Position numbers and translations under genes: made by a program
In this document: piece by piece, positions 20,859 to 30,378 of the stretch
Layout of the letters: each line of letters opens with the position of its first letter
Numbering within the stretch: position 1 is the stretch's first letter
Notes under the pieces: generated by a model
What the model was told of the DNA's origin: nothing
Database searches by the model: none
The model's input: only the letters and a program-made list of their open reading frames with translations
From: a virus
DNA: 64,000 nucleotides
IMG/VR virus record: IMGVR_UViG_3300030085_004590
Span: 32,001-96,000 of that record
Reading direction: 5' to 3' (one strand)

Positions 20859-21589
20859 TTCAATTAAAAGGTGATAATGCATATTTTATCCCTCCAAAAA
20901 ATCGTTATGGGTTATGTAAAAAGGAAACCTTTGATTTAACTGAAAAGGATTTCACAGTTTGTGTACGCGTAAAAATAGATTGGGATAAAATGGAAATTGG
21001 TACTCCAACCCACGAAGGGGGTATTGTTGCAAAGAACGGTAGACATTGTGGTTTAAGTGCTTTAAAAATAAATGAAGAACAATGTTATATCAAAGCACAA
21101 TTTTGGACATGGCAAACAAGAGAAGTTGGTGTAGAATTTCACGATACATGGATTGATGTAAATCAAAATAGTGATTGGATGACAGTTGCAATGATACATG
21201 ATAAAAAGAAAAAAGTTGTAACTTGTTATGTAGATGGAAAAGTAAGTAAAATTTCATATTCAGGTGAAATAATAGATTATAGAGATTCTTGGATTTGGGT
21301 TGGGTGTAATAACTCATTAGATAGTTGTGCACCTGAACACAGAGGATTCCTTCATGGAGAAATAAATCACTTATCAATTTTTGAAACTGCATTAAAAAAT
21401 GAAGAAGTAGAAAAAACATTTGAAATAAACTCACCAGATTCAGTTGATTTCGATAAAATACCAGCAGCAATATATTGTTTTAAAGAAGAATGGCAAACTC
21501 CATATAAAATCATGGATATTACTCATAATGGTAACTCGATGATTTTATTTGATAAAAAATGGATGGCAGAAGATAATAGTTTAATTTAA
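20855..21589 (+). CDS. Stand-alone LamG/ConA-like domain protein
   Basis: DFTVCVRVK, WMTVAM, CYVDG, GEINHLSIFETAL. Confidence 0.7.
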   Translation: MIQLKGDNAYFIPPKNRYGLCKKETFDLTEKDFTVCVRVKIDWDKMEIGTPTHEGGIVAKNGRHCGLSALKINEEQCYIKAQFWTWQTREVGVEFHDTWIDVNQNSDWMTVAMIHDKKKKVVTCYVDGKVSKISYSGEIIDYRDSWIWVGCNNSLDSCAPEHRGFLHGEINHLSIFETALKNEEVEKTFEINSPDSVDFDKIPAAIYCFKEEWQTPYKIMDITHNGNSMILFDKKWMAEDNSLI

Positions 21590-21594
21590 TTTAA

Positions 21595-23001
21595 ATGAAA
21601 AAACATATTCATTTTGTATATGATTTTCTATTTCCTAATGGACATTTAGATTTTGGATACAACATCAGTACCCTAAGAGATAATTTTTTATACCAAGTAG
21701 AAAATAATACTGAAGATAGAACTTTGTTACTATCGGCACCACATATTCCAGCTGTTTTAGAAAAACAATCAGGTATGTTTGCTGATGAATTTATTTCTAC
21801 TAATACACATTGGAATAAAATGTTAGTAACAGAAATACAAAATGTTTTAGATAGAAAAAATTATAATGAAAGTTTACATCATTTTGTAGTTTGTCTTGAA
21901 TCAACAAATGCAAGTAACTTTTTTGAATACTATTCAAATCCAAATGTAGATTTTGATAATTTATTTTCACCAAAACTTCTTAGATATTTAAAAAAAAGAA
22001 GAGAATTCAAAATTTTAATGATTGATAATAGAGAAGGTGCATATCCTCATGTACCAAAATTATTTGTAAAAGTAAAAGAATGGTTAGATAGACATAACAT
22101 TAAAGATAGAAACAAATTTATTATTTCTACTTGTAATGAAAATATTAAAAAAATAAAAATTGATGATTCAAGAATTAAAGTTTTTAATAATAATTATTAT
22201 CTATATTCAGCTGGCAAATACATTAAACAATGTGAAGAAAGAAATAATCAAATTACTGAAGGACATAATGATTATGAATTTTCGTTACAACAAGAATTAA
22301 AGTTTGATATAAAAGAAAAATATTTTTTAAATTATAACAGAAACTCTGGTAGATATCATAGACCTTTTTTAGTACATAAACTTTTCTTAAATAATCTTTA
22401 TGATAAGGGATTTATTTCACTATTTCAGACAGATGATTTTGATAACCAACTAAGTAGAAACCATGCTGATGAAAAACTAAATATCTATCCAAAAACTATA
22501 AAAAAATGGAAGGAAACATTATCTCAATGGTATCCATCAATAATAGATTCTGATAAAGGTGATGAAGTTGCAATGTTTCATAATTATTTAAGTAGAAAAG
22601 ATGAATATGAAAAAAGTTATTTTTCAATTGTTTCTGAAACAAATGCTGAAACAAAATATTTATTTGTAACAGAAAAAACTTTAAAACCAATAATGAATCT
22701 ACATCCATTTTTGGTGAATGGAAATCCATATACTTTAAAACATCTTAAAAGTTTAGGATTTCAAACCTTTGGTAAATGGTGGGATGAAAGTTATGATTCT
22801 GAAGAGAATTTCGAAAAAAGGACAGAGATGTTAATAGAACAAGTAAAGTTGCTTTGTTCTAAAACAAAAGAAGAGTGGGTTGAAATTTTACAAGAAATGG
22901 AACCTTTACTCAAGTATAATCAAAGTTTACTAAAACAAAAATGGATGAGTAAACAATATGAAAAAAATTTAGTAGATATCTTAGATACTTCTTTAATTTA
23001 A
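21595..23001 (+). CDS. Putative glycosyltransferase-like protein (ET...TEKT.KP family), paralogue 1
   Basis: FLNYNR...HR, FSIVSET, TEKTLKPI, HPF, LGFQTF...WDESYD; lies in the sugar cluster. Confidence 0.55.
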   Translation: MKKHIHFVYDFLFPNGHLDFGYNISTLRDNFLYQVENNTEDRTLLLSAPHIPAVLEKQSGMFADEFISTNTHWNKMLVTEIQNVLDRKNYNESLHHFVVCLESTNASNFFEYYSNPNVDFDNLFSPKLLRYLKKRREFKILMIDNREGAYPHVPKLFVKVKEWLDRHNIKDRNKFIISTCNENIKKIKIDDSRIKVFNNNYYLYSAGKYIKQCEERNNQITEGHNDYEFSLQQELKFDIKEKYFLNYNRNSGRYHRPFLVHKLFLNNLYDKGFISLFQTDDFDNQLSRNHADEKLNIYPKTIKKWKETLSQWYPSIIDSDKGDEVAMFHNYLSRKDEYEKSYFSIVSETNAETKYLFVTEKTLKPIMNLHPFLVNGNPYTLKHLKSLGFQTFGKWWDESYDSEENFEKRTEMLIEQVKLLCSKTKEEWVEILQEMEPLLKYNQSLLKQKWMSKQYEKNLVDILDTSLI

Positions 23002-23006
23002 AAGTT

Positions 23007-23972
23007 ATGAAAATATTAATTACAGGTGGTTCGGGTTACTTAGGTTCAGTTATTACAGAAAAATTACTGAATGAAAATTATCAAGTAACTATTTTAGATA
23101 ATTTGATGTATAATCAAACATCATCAATTATTTTTTCACACAATCCTAATTTTAATTTTATATATGGAGATGTTAGGGATAAAACATTACTAAAATCAAT
23201 AGTAAATGATTTTGATGTTATTATTCCTCTTGCTGCAATAGTAGGATTTCCAGCATGTGATAAAGATAAGGATTTAGCAACCGCAGTAAATTACGAGCAC
23301 GTCCGCTATATTTGTGAATTGATAAAAAATTCTGATATAAGAATAGTTTATCCAAATACAAATAGTGGATATGGGATAGGAGAGGATGGTGAGTGTACTG
23401 AAGAAAGTCCACTCAATCCAATTTCACATTATGGTGTTACCAAAGTCAAAGCAGAGAGTGAGGTTTTGAATATTGGGGGAATATCTGTAAGATTGGCAAC
23501 AGTATTTGGTTCATCACCAAGAATGAGAATGGATTTATTAGTAAATGAATTTGTATATAAGGCATTGACTGATAAGTACATAACGATATTTGAAAAAAAC
23601 TTTGTAAGAAACTACATTCACATCAGAGATGTTGCAAATGTATTTTTATTTATGATTCAAAACTACCAAGAACATAGTGGAGAGGTGTTCAATGTAGGTT
23701 TATCAGATGCTAATCTAACAAAACAACAATTAGTTGAAAAAATAAAAGATTATGTACCAGATTTTGCAATCACATATTCAGATTATTATGAGGACCCAGA
23801 TAAAAGAGATTATATAGTATCAAATAAAAAAATTGAATCAACTGGTTGGAATCCACAATATACATTGGATTCTGGTATTGAAGAATTAATTAAAACATAT
23901 ACCATTCTTATACAAGATTTAAGTTCTAAATATAGAAATGGTTTTCCATTAGGTTATGGCAAAAGGACGTAG
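23007..23972 (+). CDS. NAD-dependent NDP-sugar epimerase/dehydratase
   Basis: GGSGYLG, LAAIVG, YGVTK, RLATVFG. Confidence 0.9.
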   Translation: MKILITGGSGYLGSVITEKLLNENYQVTILDNLMYNQTSSIIFSHNPNFNFIYGDVRDKTLLKSIVNDFDVIIPLAAIVGFPACDKDKDLATAVNYEHVRYICELIKNSDIRIVYPNTNSGYGIGEDGECTEESPLNPISHYGVTKVKAESEVLNIGGISVRLATVFGSSPRMRMDLLVNEFVYKALTDKYITIFEKNFVRNYIHIRDVANVFLFMIQNYQEHSGEVFNVGLSDANLTKQQLVEKIKDYVPDFAITYSDYYEDPDKRDYIVSNKKIESTGWNPQYTLDSGIEELIKTYTILIQDLSSKYRNGFPLGYGKRT

Positions 23973-24540
23973 TATATTTTATAAAGAAAGAGATTGGGAT
24001 GATTTTCATTTCTATCATGGTTCTAAATTAAATGAAGTAAAGGTTATACAACCATCGGTTTATTATGAACAAAGAGGTTCTATATCTACAACTTATCATT
24101 CAGATTATTACGATAGAATCTTGCCTGCTGAGGAAAGGACTAAGGGATTAAAATTTAAACATGATAGATTTTCTAAATCTAAACAAAATGTACTCAGAGG
24201 ATTACACTATGATGATAAAACATGGAAGTTAGTAAGTTGTTTGCATGGTAAAATTTATTTAGTAGTTTTAGATTTAAGACCAAAACAAAAAAACTTTGGA
24301 AAATGGGAATCTTTTATACTCTCACCAGAAACAACAACACAAGTATTGATACCACCTATGTTTGCCAATGGACATTATGTCTTTGAAGATGATTCAATCT
24401 TTCATTATAAGATGGCATATCATGGTGAATACAATGATGAAAACAAACAACAAACAATAAAATGGGATGATACGAAGTATGAAATAGAATGGCCTTGTAC
24501 AAATCCTATATTATCAAAAAGAGATGCAAATGGAAATTAA
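23956..24540 (+). CDS. Second RmlC-family 3,5-epimerase
   Basis: VLRGLHY, DLRP, IPPMFANGH, IEWP, ILSKRD. Confidence 0.85.
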   Translation: MAKGRSIFYKERDWDDFHFYHGSKLNEVKVIQPSVYYEQRGSISTTYHSDYYDRILPAEERTKGLKFKHDRFSKSKQNVLRGLHYDDKTWKLVSCLHGKIYLVVLDLRPKQKNFGKWESFILSPETTTQVLIPPMFANGHYVFEDDSIFHYKMAYHGEYNDENKQQTIKWDDTKYEIEWPCTNPILSKRDANGN

Positions 24541-25168
24541 AAATTTACAAAATCACGAGGATAGATGGATAGATGGAAATTTTTCTAAGGAAGATTTAAT
24601 AGCTTTTGAAGATGATGTCATAAAACATTGGGAAAATGGAGAAATCACAGGTCCTATACATCTTTCACATGGCAATGAAGAACAATTAATCGAAATATTT
24701 AAAAAAGTAGGAGTTGAAGATTGGGTATTTTCAACTTGGAGGTCACACTATCATGCACTTTTACATGGAGTAGACCCAAAGTATTTGAAACAAAAAATTT
24801 TAGAAGGTAAATCAATAACTATCATAGATAAATCATCTAATTTTTATTCTTCTGCAATCGTAACTGGTATTTTACCAATTGCATTGGGAGTTGCAAAGGG
24901 TTTAAAAGAAAGAGGAAGTGATGAAAAGGTTTGGTGTTTCATTGGTGATATGACTTTTGAAACTGGTATCTTTTATGAAGTACACAAATACGCAAGAAAC
25001 TTTGATTTACCACTTTATTTTGTAGTAGAAGATAATGAGGTATCAACAAATACACCAACTGGTCATACTTGGAATAATATTCAAAGAGAAATACCAGAAG
25101 ATGTAATCTATTACAAGTATAAATCTAAATATCCACATTACGGTACTGGCAAATGGGTAGTATTTTAA
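24524..25168 (+). CDS. TPP-dependent dehydrogenase E1 alpha-like subunit (short)
   Basis: GPIHLSHGNE, STWRSHYHAL, TPP motif IGD...VVEDN. Confidence 0.85.
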   Translation: MQMEIKNLQNHEDRWIDGNFSKEDLIAFEDDVIKHWENGEITGPIHLSHGNEEQLIEIFKKVGVEDWVFSTWRSHYHALLHGVDPKYLKQKILEGKSITIIDKSSNFYSSAIVTGILPIALGVAKGLKERGSDEKVWCFIGDMTFETGIFYEVHKYARNFDLPLYFVVEDNEVSTNTPTGHTWNNIQREIPEDVIYYKYKSKYPHYGTGKWVVF

Positions 25169-26307
25169 AATTTATATTTTTATTTGATGAAGAATATCCA
25201 TCATGGTCTTTTCGAGGACCATTTACTGATTATATTCAAAACAATTTTGAGTATAGTTTTATAGATGATATAGATAAATCAAAAAATAATATTTTAATCA
25301 TTGAAGGAACTGAATGTTTTAAAGGACCACACAGAGTTTTTAAAAAAGAACTCTATGATTTAATTAAAGAAAATAATTTAAAGGTAATTTTTGCATCAAT
25401 TGCTGACCCATGTACTTGGTCTGATAAGATTAACTTTATGAATGATATAAATTCATACGGTCTGAAAGATAAAGTTTATTATGTGGATACTTGTGTAAAT
25501 CATTCTGAAGATTACAATACTTTTTGTTATCATCATTTTTTAGAAGAACCTGGTATTCATATGAAAAAGTGGGGAGATTTTAAATTTTTTGAAGAAAATG
25601 AATTAGGATATAAAAGTGAAGATATAACACTTGAAGAATTAGATATTTTTAGAAATAAAAAGTTTTTATCATTTAATAGAACAGTTGATAAAGATAATAG
25701 AATGAGTTTATTTCACACTTATCTTGAAAATGATTTTTCAGATTCTTATTTTAGTTTTCTTAATTTTTGTGCATCAGATGGTTCAGTACCATTTTTTACA
25801 AAAAGTAAAAAATTATCAATCGATGAATATAAAAGTAAACTCCCAATTGAGTTAGATACTAAAAATAGTGGAGTTAATTTACAAAGTTTTAAAACAAGTA
25901 ATACTTTTAAAAAAGATTTATTTTTAAATTCATGTATTAACATTGTTACTGAAACATCGTTTCAATGTAATGGATTATTTTTATCAGAAAAAATAATAAA
26001 ACCAATTGTATGTTACCAACCCTTCATAGTTGTAGGACCTTATAATTACTTAAAAGAATTACGAAGTTTGGGATACAAAACTTTCTCTGATTTTTGGGAT
26101 GAAAGTTATGATGAAATAGAAAATGGTGAAGATAGATATTTTGCAATTGAAAAATTAATTTTAGAATTAAATAGTAAAAGTATTAATGAATTAAATGAAA
26201 TTTATCAAAAAACTAAAAATATATGTATATATAATAGAGAGGTATTTAATAACTTCAAGGAAGATTCCATTCCTAACATAATAAAACAAATAGAAAATGA
26301 ATGGTAA
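25153..26307 (+). CDS. Putative glycosyltransferase-like protein, paralogue 2
   Basis: FLSFNR, INIVTET, SEKIIKPI, QPF, LGYKTFSDFWDESYD. Confidence 0.55.
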   Translation: MGSILKFIFLFDEEYPSWSFRGPFTDYIQNNFEYSFIDDIDKSKNNILIIEGTECFKGPHRVFKKELYDLIKENNLKVIFASIADPCTWSDKINFMNDINSYGLKDKVYYVDTCVNHSEDYNTFCYHHFLEEPGIHMKKWGDFKFFEENELGYKSEDITLEELDIFRNKKFLSFNRTVDKDNRMSLFHTYLENDFSDSYFSFLNFCASDGSVPFFTKSKKLSIDEYKSKLPIELDTKNSGVNLQSFKTSNTFKKDLFLNSCINIVTETSFQCNGLFLSEKIIKPIVCYQPFIVVGPYNYLKELRSLGYKTFSDFWDESYDEIENGEDRYFAIEKLILELNSKSINELNEIYQKTKNICIYNREVFNNFKEDSIPNIIKQIENEW

Positions 26308-27262
26308 AAAGGTTTTAATCACAGGTGCTAATGGATTAGTAGGAAATTACACCGTACAAAAATGTATCGATAGAGGTGCATTCGTAACTGCAGTTGATAT
26401 TGTTGAACCAACAAATCAAATCGAAAAATATAAGGATGAAAATTATCAATTCATCAAAGCAGATTTAAGAGAATTTAAAAGTTGTAAAAGAGTTGTCGAA
26501 GGACAAGATATAATACTTCATATTGCAGGTGTTAAAGGTTCACCTAAAAGAGCAATGGAACAACCAGCAGATTATTTTGTACCAATGTTACAATTTAATA
26601 CCAATATGATGGAAGCAGCAAGATTAGAAGATGTAGAGTGGTATGTATATACATCGACTGTTGGTGTTTATCAACCCGCTGAGGTATTTTATGAGGATGA
26701 TGTATGGAAAACCTTCCCATCAGAAAAAGATAAGTATGCTGGATGGGCAAAGAGATTGGGTGAATTACAAGCTGAAGTATATTCAGTATCATTCGATTGG
26801 AATAAAGCATCAGTTGTAAGACCAGCAAACATTTATGGTAGACATGACAACTTCGGACCAGAATCAACAGTAATCGCTTCACTTATTAAAAGATTATTTG
26901 GTGAAAAAGAACATCCACTAATTTGTTGGGGAGATGGAACACCAATCAGAGATTTTATTTATGCTGGTGATGTTGCAGATGGAATCATAAAAGCATACGA
27001 ACAAAAATTAACACAACCAATCAATTTAGGTAGTGGTACTGGTGTTACTATTAAAGAACTTGCAGAAACTCTCGTAGAAATATACGAAGATATGTATGGA
27101 GTTAAAGTTGGTATCGAATGGGATACTACAAAACCAAATGGTGATGCAAAAAGATTAATGAGTACAGAAAGAGCAGAATCTTTCGGTATCAAACAACAAG
27201 TATCCTTAAAAGAAGGATTAAAAGAAACAATAGATTATTATTTAAATGAATTTAAAAAATGA
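26297..27262 (+). CDS. GDP-L-fucose synthase-like NDP-sugar epimerase/reductase
   Basis: GANGLVG, RPANIYG, WGDGTPIRDFIY, INLGSG, WDTTKPNG. Confidence 0.85.
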   Translation: MNGKKVLITGANGLVGNYTVQKCIDRGAFVTAVDIVEPTNQIEKYKDENYQFIKADLREFKSCKRVVEGQDIILHIAGVKGSPKRAMEQPADYFVPMLQFNTNMMEAARLEDVEWYVYTSTVGVYQPAEVFYEDDVWKTFPSEKDKYAGWAKRLGELQAEVYSVSFDWNKASVVRPANIYGRHDNFGPESTVIASLIKRLFGEKEHPLICWGDGTPIRDFIYAGDVADGIIKAYEQKLTQPINLGSGTGVTIKELAETLVEIYEDMYGVKVGIEWDTTKPNGDAKRLMSTERAESFGIKQQVSLKEGLKETIDYYLNEFKK

Positions 27263-28251
27263 AAAAAACAGATAAAATTTTAGTTACCGGAGCAAGTGGA
27301 TTTATAGGTTCACGATTAATCAAAATGTTATATGAATTAGGTTATGTAAACATTCGTGCAACATCATGGAGTAGAGATTTACGAAATGATTTTGAAGGCT
27401 GTGAAAACATAGAACACATAAAAGGAAACTTGCAAGATGCAGACTTTTGTGAGATAGTGTCGAAAGGATGTGATGTTATATTTCATGCAGCTGCTAATAC
27501 ATCGAACGCATTAGATACAAAATATAATCCGCTTCTCCATGTAACTCCCAATATAGAAATGAATGTAAATCTTATGGAACAATCATGGAAACATGGGGTT
27601 AAAAAGTTTATCTTTATATCATCAAATACAACTTATCCAGATTTAAAAGATGTACCTTGTACCGAAGATGTAGAAGTACAAACACCAGATATCGTACCAG
27701 TTTACAAAGCAGTAGGTTGGATGAAAAGATATTGTGAAACTCTTTGTGATTTCTTTTCAAATCAAATTCACAACCCAATGCAGTGTGTAATTATTAGACC
27801 TTCAAATGCATTTGGACCAAACGATAAGTACGATTTTGAAAAATGTCATGTTACACCTGCAAATATTAGAAAAGTTGCAGATAACCTAAATCCAATACCT
27901 GTTTGGGGAGATGGTACTGAAGTAAGAGATGTAATTCATGTTGATGATATGGTGAGTGGATTTATAACAGTTGCTGAAAAGGTTGATACATATGATATTT
28001 ACAATGTATCTTATGGTGAAGGATATACTGTTATGGAAGTACTTGATAAAATTAAAGAAATCGAAGGAAACACAAACCCAGTCGAATTCGTAAACAACAA
28101 GGCACCAATGATACCTGTCAGATTATTAGATAATCAAAAATTAAAAGATTTAGGTTGGACACCAAAATACGATTTAGAAAGTGGATTAAGAGATGCACTA
28201 TCTTGGTATAAGGAAAATAAAGACCAATTTAATCCAAATTCAAAACCTTAA
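27259..28251 (+). CDS. Second GDP-fucose-synthase-like epimerase/reductase
   Basis: GASGFIG, FGPNDKYD, HVTPA, WGDGTEVRDVIHVDD. Confidence 0.85.
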   Translation: MKKTDKILVTGASGFIGSRLIKMLYELGYVNIRATSWSRDLRNDFEGCENIEHIKGNLQDADFCEIVSKGCDVIFHAAANTSNALDTKYNPLLHVTPNIEMNVNLMEQSWKHGVKKFIFISSNTTYPDLKDVPCTEDVEVQTPDIVPVYKAVGWMKRYCETLCDFFSNQIHNPMQCVIIRPSNAFGPNDKYDFEKCHVTPANIRKVADNLNPIPVWGDGTEVRDVIHVDDMVSGFITVAEKVDTYDIYNVSYGEGYTVMEVLDKIKEIEGNTNPVEFVNNKAPMIPVRLLDNQKLKDLGWTPKYDLESGLRDALSWYKENKDQFNPNSKP

Positions 28252-28255
28252 TAAA

Positions 28256-28801
28256 ATGAGTGAACCAAAGTTTACACCATACTTAGATGCGTTAACAGAA
28301 GCAATGAAATTAAGTATGGAAGATGATAAAACTATATTCATCGGACAACAAATTGTTTATTATGGAAATCCAATGAGTAAAACCATTGAGGGATTACCAA
28401 AAGAAAGAATGATAGAAACACCAGTAATGGAAGAAGTTCAAATGGGTATGAGTTTAGGTCTTGCAATGTCTGGTCACAATGTGGTAAGTTTTTATCCAAG
28501 ATGGGATTTCTTAATTTGTGCAGCAAATCAATTGGTAAATCATTTAGATAAAATAAACATCATGTCAGATGGTGATTGGAATCCAAATGTAATTATAAGA
28601 GTTGGTAAAGGAAGTGATGTTCCATTAGACCCTGGTCACCAACACAAGGCAGATTATACAGAAGAATTCAAAACAATATTAAAACATACAAATGTAGTTA
28701 AACTTGATTCCCATGAAAAGATTCTACCTGCATACAAAAAAGCATTAAAAGGTGGTATTTGGGTGATGGTAGAATATCCTCAATTATATTATGAGAATTA
28801 A
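28256..28801 (+). CDS. TPP-dependent dehydrogenase E1 beta-like subunit (pyrimidine-binding domain only)
   Basis: FIGQ, ETPVME, GMSLGLA, NQLVNH, GHQH. ATG at 28256 follows the upstream stop. Confidence 0.82.
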   Translation: MSEPKFTPYLDALTEAMKLSMEDDKTIFIGQQIVYYGNPMSKTIEGLPKERMIETPVMEEVQMGMSLGLAMSGHNVVSFYPRWDFLICAANQLVNHLDKINIMSDGDWNPNVIIRVGKGSDVPLDPGHQHKADYTEEFKTILKHTNVVKLDSHEKILPAYKKALKGGIWVMVEYPQLYYEN

Positions 28802-30251
28802 AAGAGTATTTGATGTAAAAGGACCAATGGGGTTTGTACCTAATGGTATTAATTGGAATTTTACAAACATTTTTTGGAAATATAACTTTTATGTTACTCA
28901 TAAACTTATAGATGAGTTCAATGAAACATATGGACAGATTGGAGTATATGATTGTAATTTAAATTTATCAGAAGATTCAACAAAAAATTATCATATTAGT
29001 AATTTACATTACGATTCTAAAACAAAACTTGTAAACGGTAATAGAACAGAAAATTATTTCTATACTATTCATCCCTTTGGAAATATAAATGTATCAAGTG
29101 GTTCTGAACCAACTTATCATCAAGGTAGACATAGTTTCGATTTTATATCTAAAAAAGCAAAAGATTGTACAAATGCAAAAAACTTTTGGTTAGTTTATGA
29201 TTATAGTAGTGAAGGTGATATAAGACCTCACATTTTTAAGGAATTACACAAGGCATGTAAACGAAATAAAATTAACCCATCTAAAGTAATTGTAATTACT
29301 GCATCTGAAAATACATTTGATATTTATAAACAATATTTAAATAAACATCCACAAGAAAATTTATTTTATACGGCATTTTATCCTTGGTCATTATTAGGAA
29401 AAGCAAAAGATACTAATGCTATTTTAATTGAAAAGAAAAAAATTCATTTTAATAGTTTTAAAAATGAAAATTCATTAATGGAAGATAGTGAATTTGATTT
29501 ATTAACTAATAGAGAATCACACGCATTATGTTTAAATAGAAGATTAGCTGCACATAGAGTTGTAATTATTAGTTGGTTACTAGAAACTGGTTTATTTGAA
29601 AAAACAAAAACATCATTTGATTTATCGATGAGACATAATCATGATGAAATTGGATTAAATTTGGCATCTACAAGACCAGAACAAGGTGGACCATATCTTT
29701 CAAGTCAAGATAAGATTAACCAAATTCTTTCAGGTTTTAGAAAAATGAAAAAATTAGGAAAAAGTGTAGTTGATACTGAAGATATAAAAGGAGTATGGGG
29801 TTTTGCATTTGAAGATGCAAAAAATTATAAATCTACTTACTTTTCAATTGTAACCGAAACTCTATTTTATGAATTAGGTAATTATATTTCAGAAAAAACA
29901 TGGAAACCAATACAACATTTACATCCTTTTGTATTCGTAGGTAGACCTGGAATGTTAAAGTATTTACATAGTTTAGGATTTAAAACCTTTTCAGATTTTT
30001 GGGATGAAAGTTATGATACGATTGAAGATAATCCAACAAGGATGGATAAAATCTGTGAAGTTGTTTCTTTTCTTTTAAATAAATCTAAAGAAGAATGGGA
30101 TGAACTTAATAAAAAATTAAAACCAATTCTTATTCATAATAGAAACTTACTATTAACATTTCAAGAATATACTGTTGGGAATATTTATAAAAGTAAACTA
30201 GATGAATTAATTTCAAATGAACCTAATCAAAAAAATTATTACTTACTTTAA
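28791..30251 (+). CDS. Putative glycosyltransferase-like protein, paralogue 3
   Basis: LCLNRR...HR, FSIVTET, SEKTWKPI, HPF, LGFKTFSDFWDESYD. Confidence 0.55.
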   Translation: MRIKRVFDVKGPMGFVPNGINWNFTNIFWKYNFYVTHKLIDEFNETYGQIGVYDCNLNLSEDSTKNYHISNLHYDSKTKLVNGNRTENYFYTIHPFGNINVSSGSEPTYHQGRHSFDFISKKAKDCTNAKNFWLVYDYSSEGDIRPHIFKELHKACKRNKINPSKVIVITASENTFDIYKQYLNKHPQENLFYTAFYPWSLLGKAKDTNAILIEKKKIHFNSFKNENSLMEDSEFDLLTNRESHALCLNRRLAAHRVVIISWLLETGLFEKTKTSFDLSMRHNHDEIGLNLASTRPEQGGPYLSSQDKINQILSGFRKMKKLGKSVVDTEDIKGVWGFAFEDAKNYKSTYFSIVTETLFYELGNYISEKTWKPIQHLHPFVFVGRPGMLKYLHSLGFKTFSDFWDESYDTIEDNPTRMDKICEVVSFLLNKSKEEWDELNKKLKPILIHNRNLLLTFQEYTVGNIYKSKLDELISNEPNQKNYYLL

Positions 30252-30333
30252 AAATAAGAAGAGAGAACGAATCTATAAAAAAAAGTTAGAAGAACTTCGT
30301 AAAAGAGACCCCTTCATCTACAAAAACCATTAA
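30217..30333 (+). CDS. Small basic protein, 38 aa (absent from ORF track)
   Basis: MNLIKKIITYFKNKKRERIYKKKLEELRKRDPFIYKNH. The ELRKRDPFIY ending is one I recall from small phage proteins; ATATTTATA lies at 30181-30189 just upstream. Confidence 0.6.
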   Translation: MNLIKKIITYFKNKKRERIYKKKLEELRKRDPFIYKNH

Positions 30334-30347
30334 TTCTTATTTCTAAC

Positions 30348-30356
30348 ATATTTATA
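30348..30356 (+). promoter_or_regulatory. ATATTTATA motif
   Basis: 22 nt upstream of the 1803-aa ORF. Confidence 0.65.
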
Positions 30357-30378
30357 TACTGATAAGGTATATTGGAAT

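Noticed and set aside
24524-28801. Pyruvate dehydrogenase as a central-metabolism auxiliary gene
   Set aside because: Subunits are truncated, E2/E3 are absent from the window, and the context is NDP-sugar synthesis.
1451-30251. Bacterial O-antigen/capsule locus or host contamination
   Set aside because: Interleaved with phage gp46 and tail genes, shares the phage intergenic motif, and has no flippase, polymerase or export genes.
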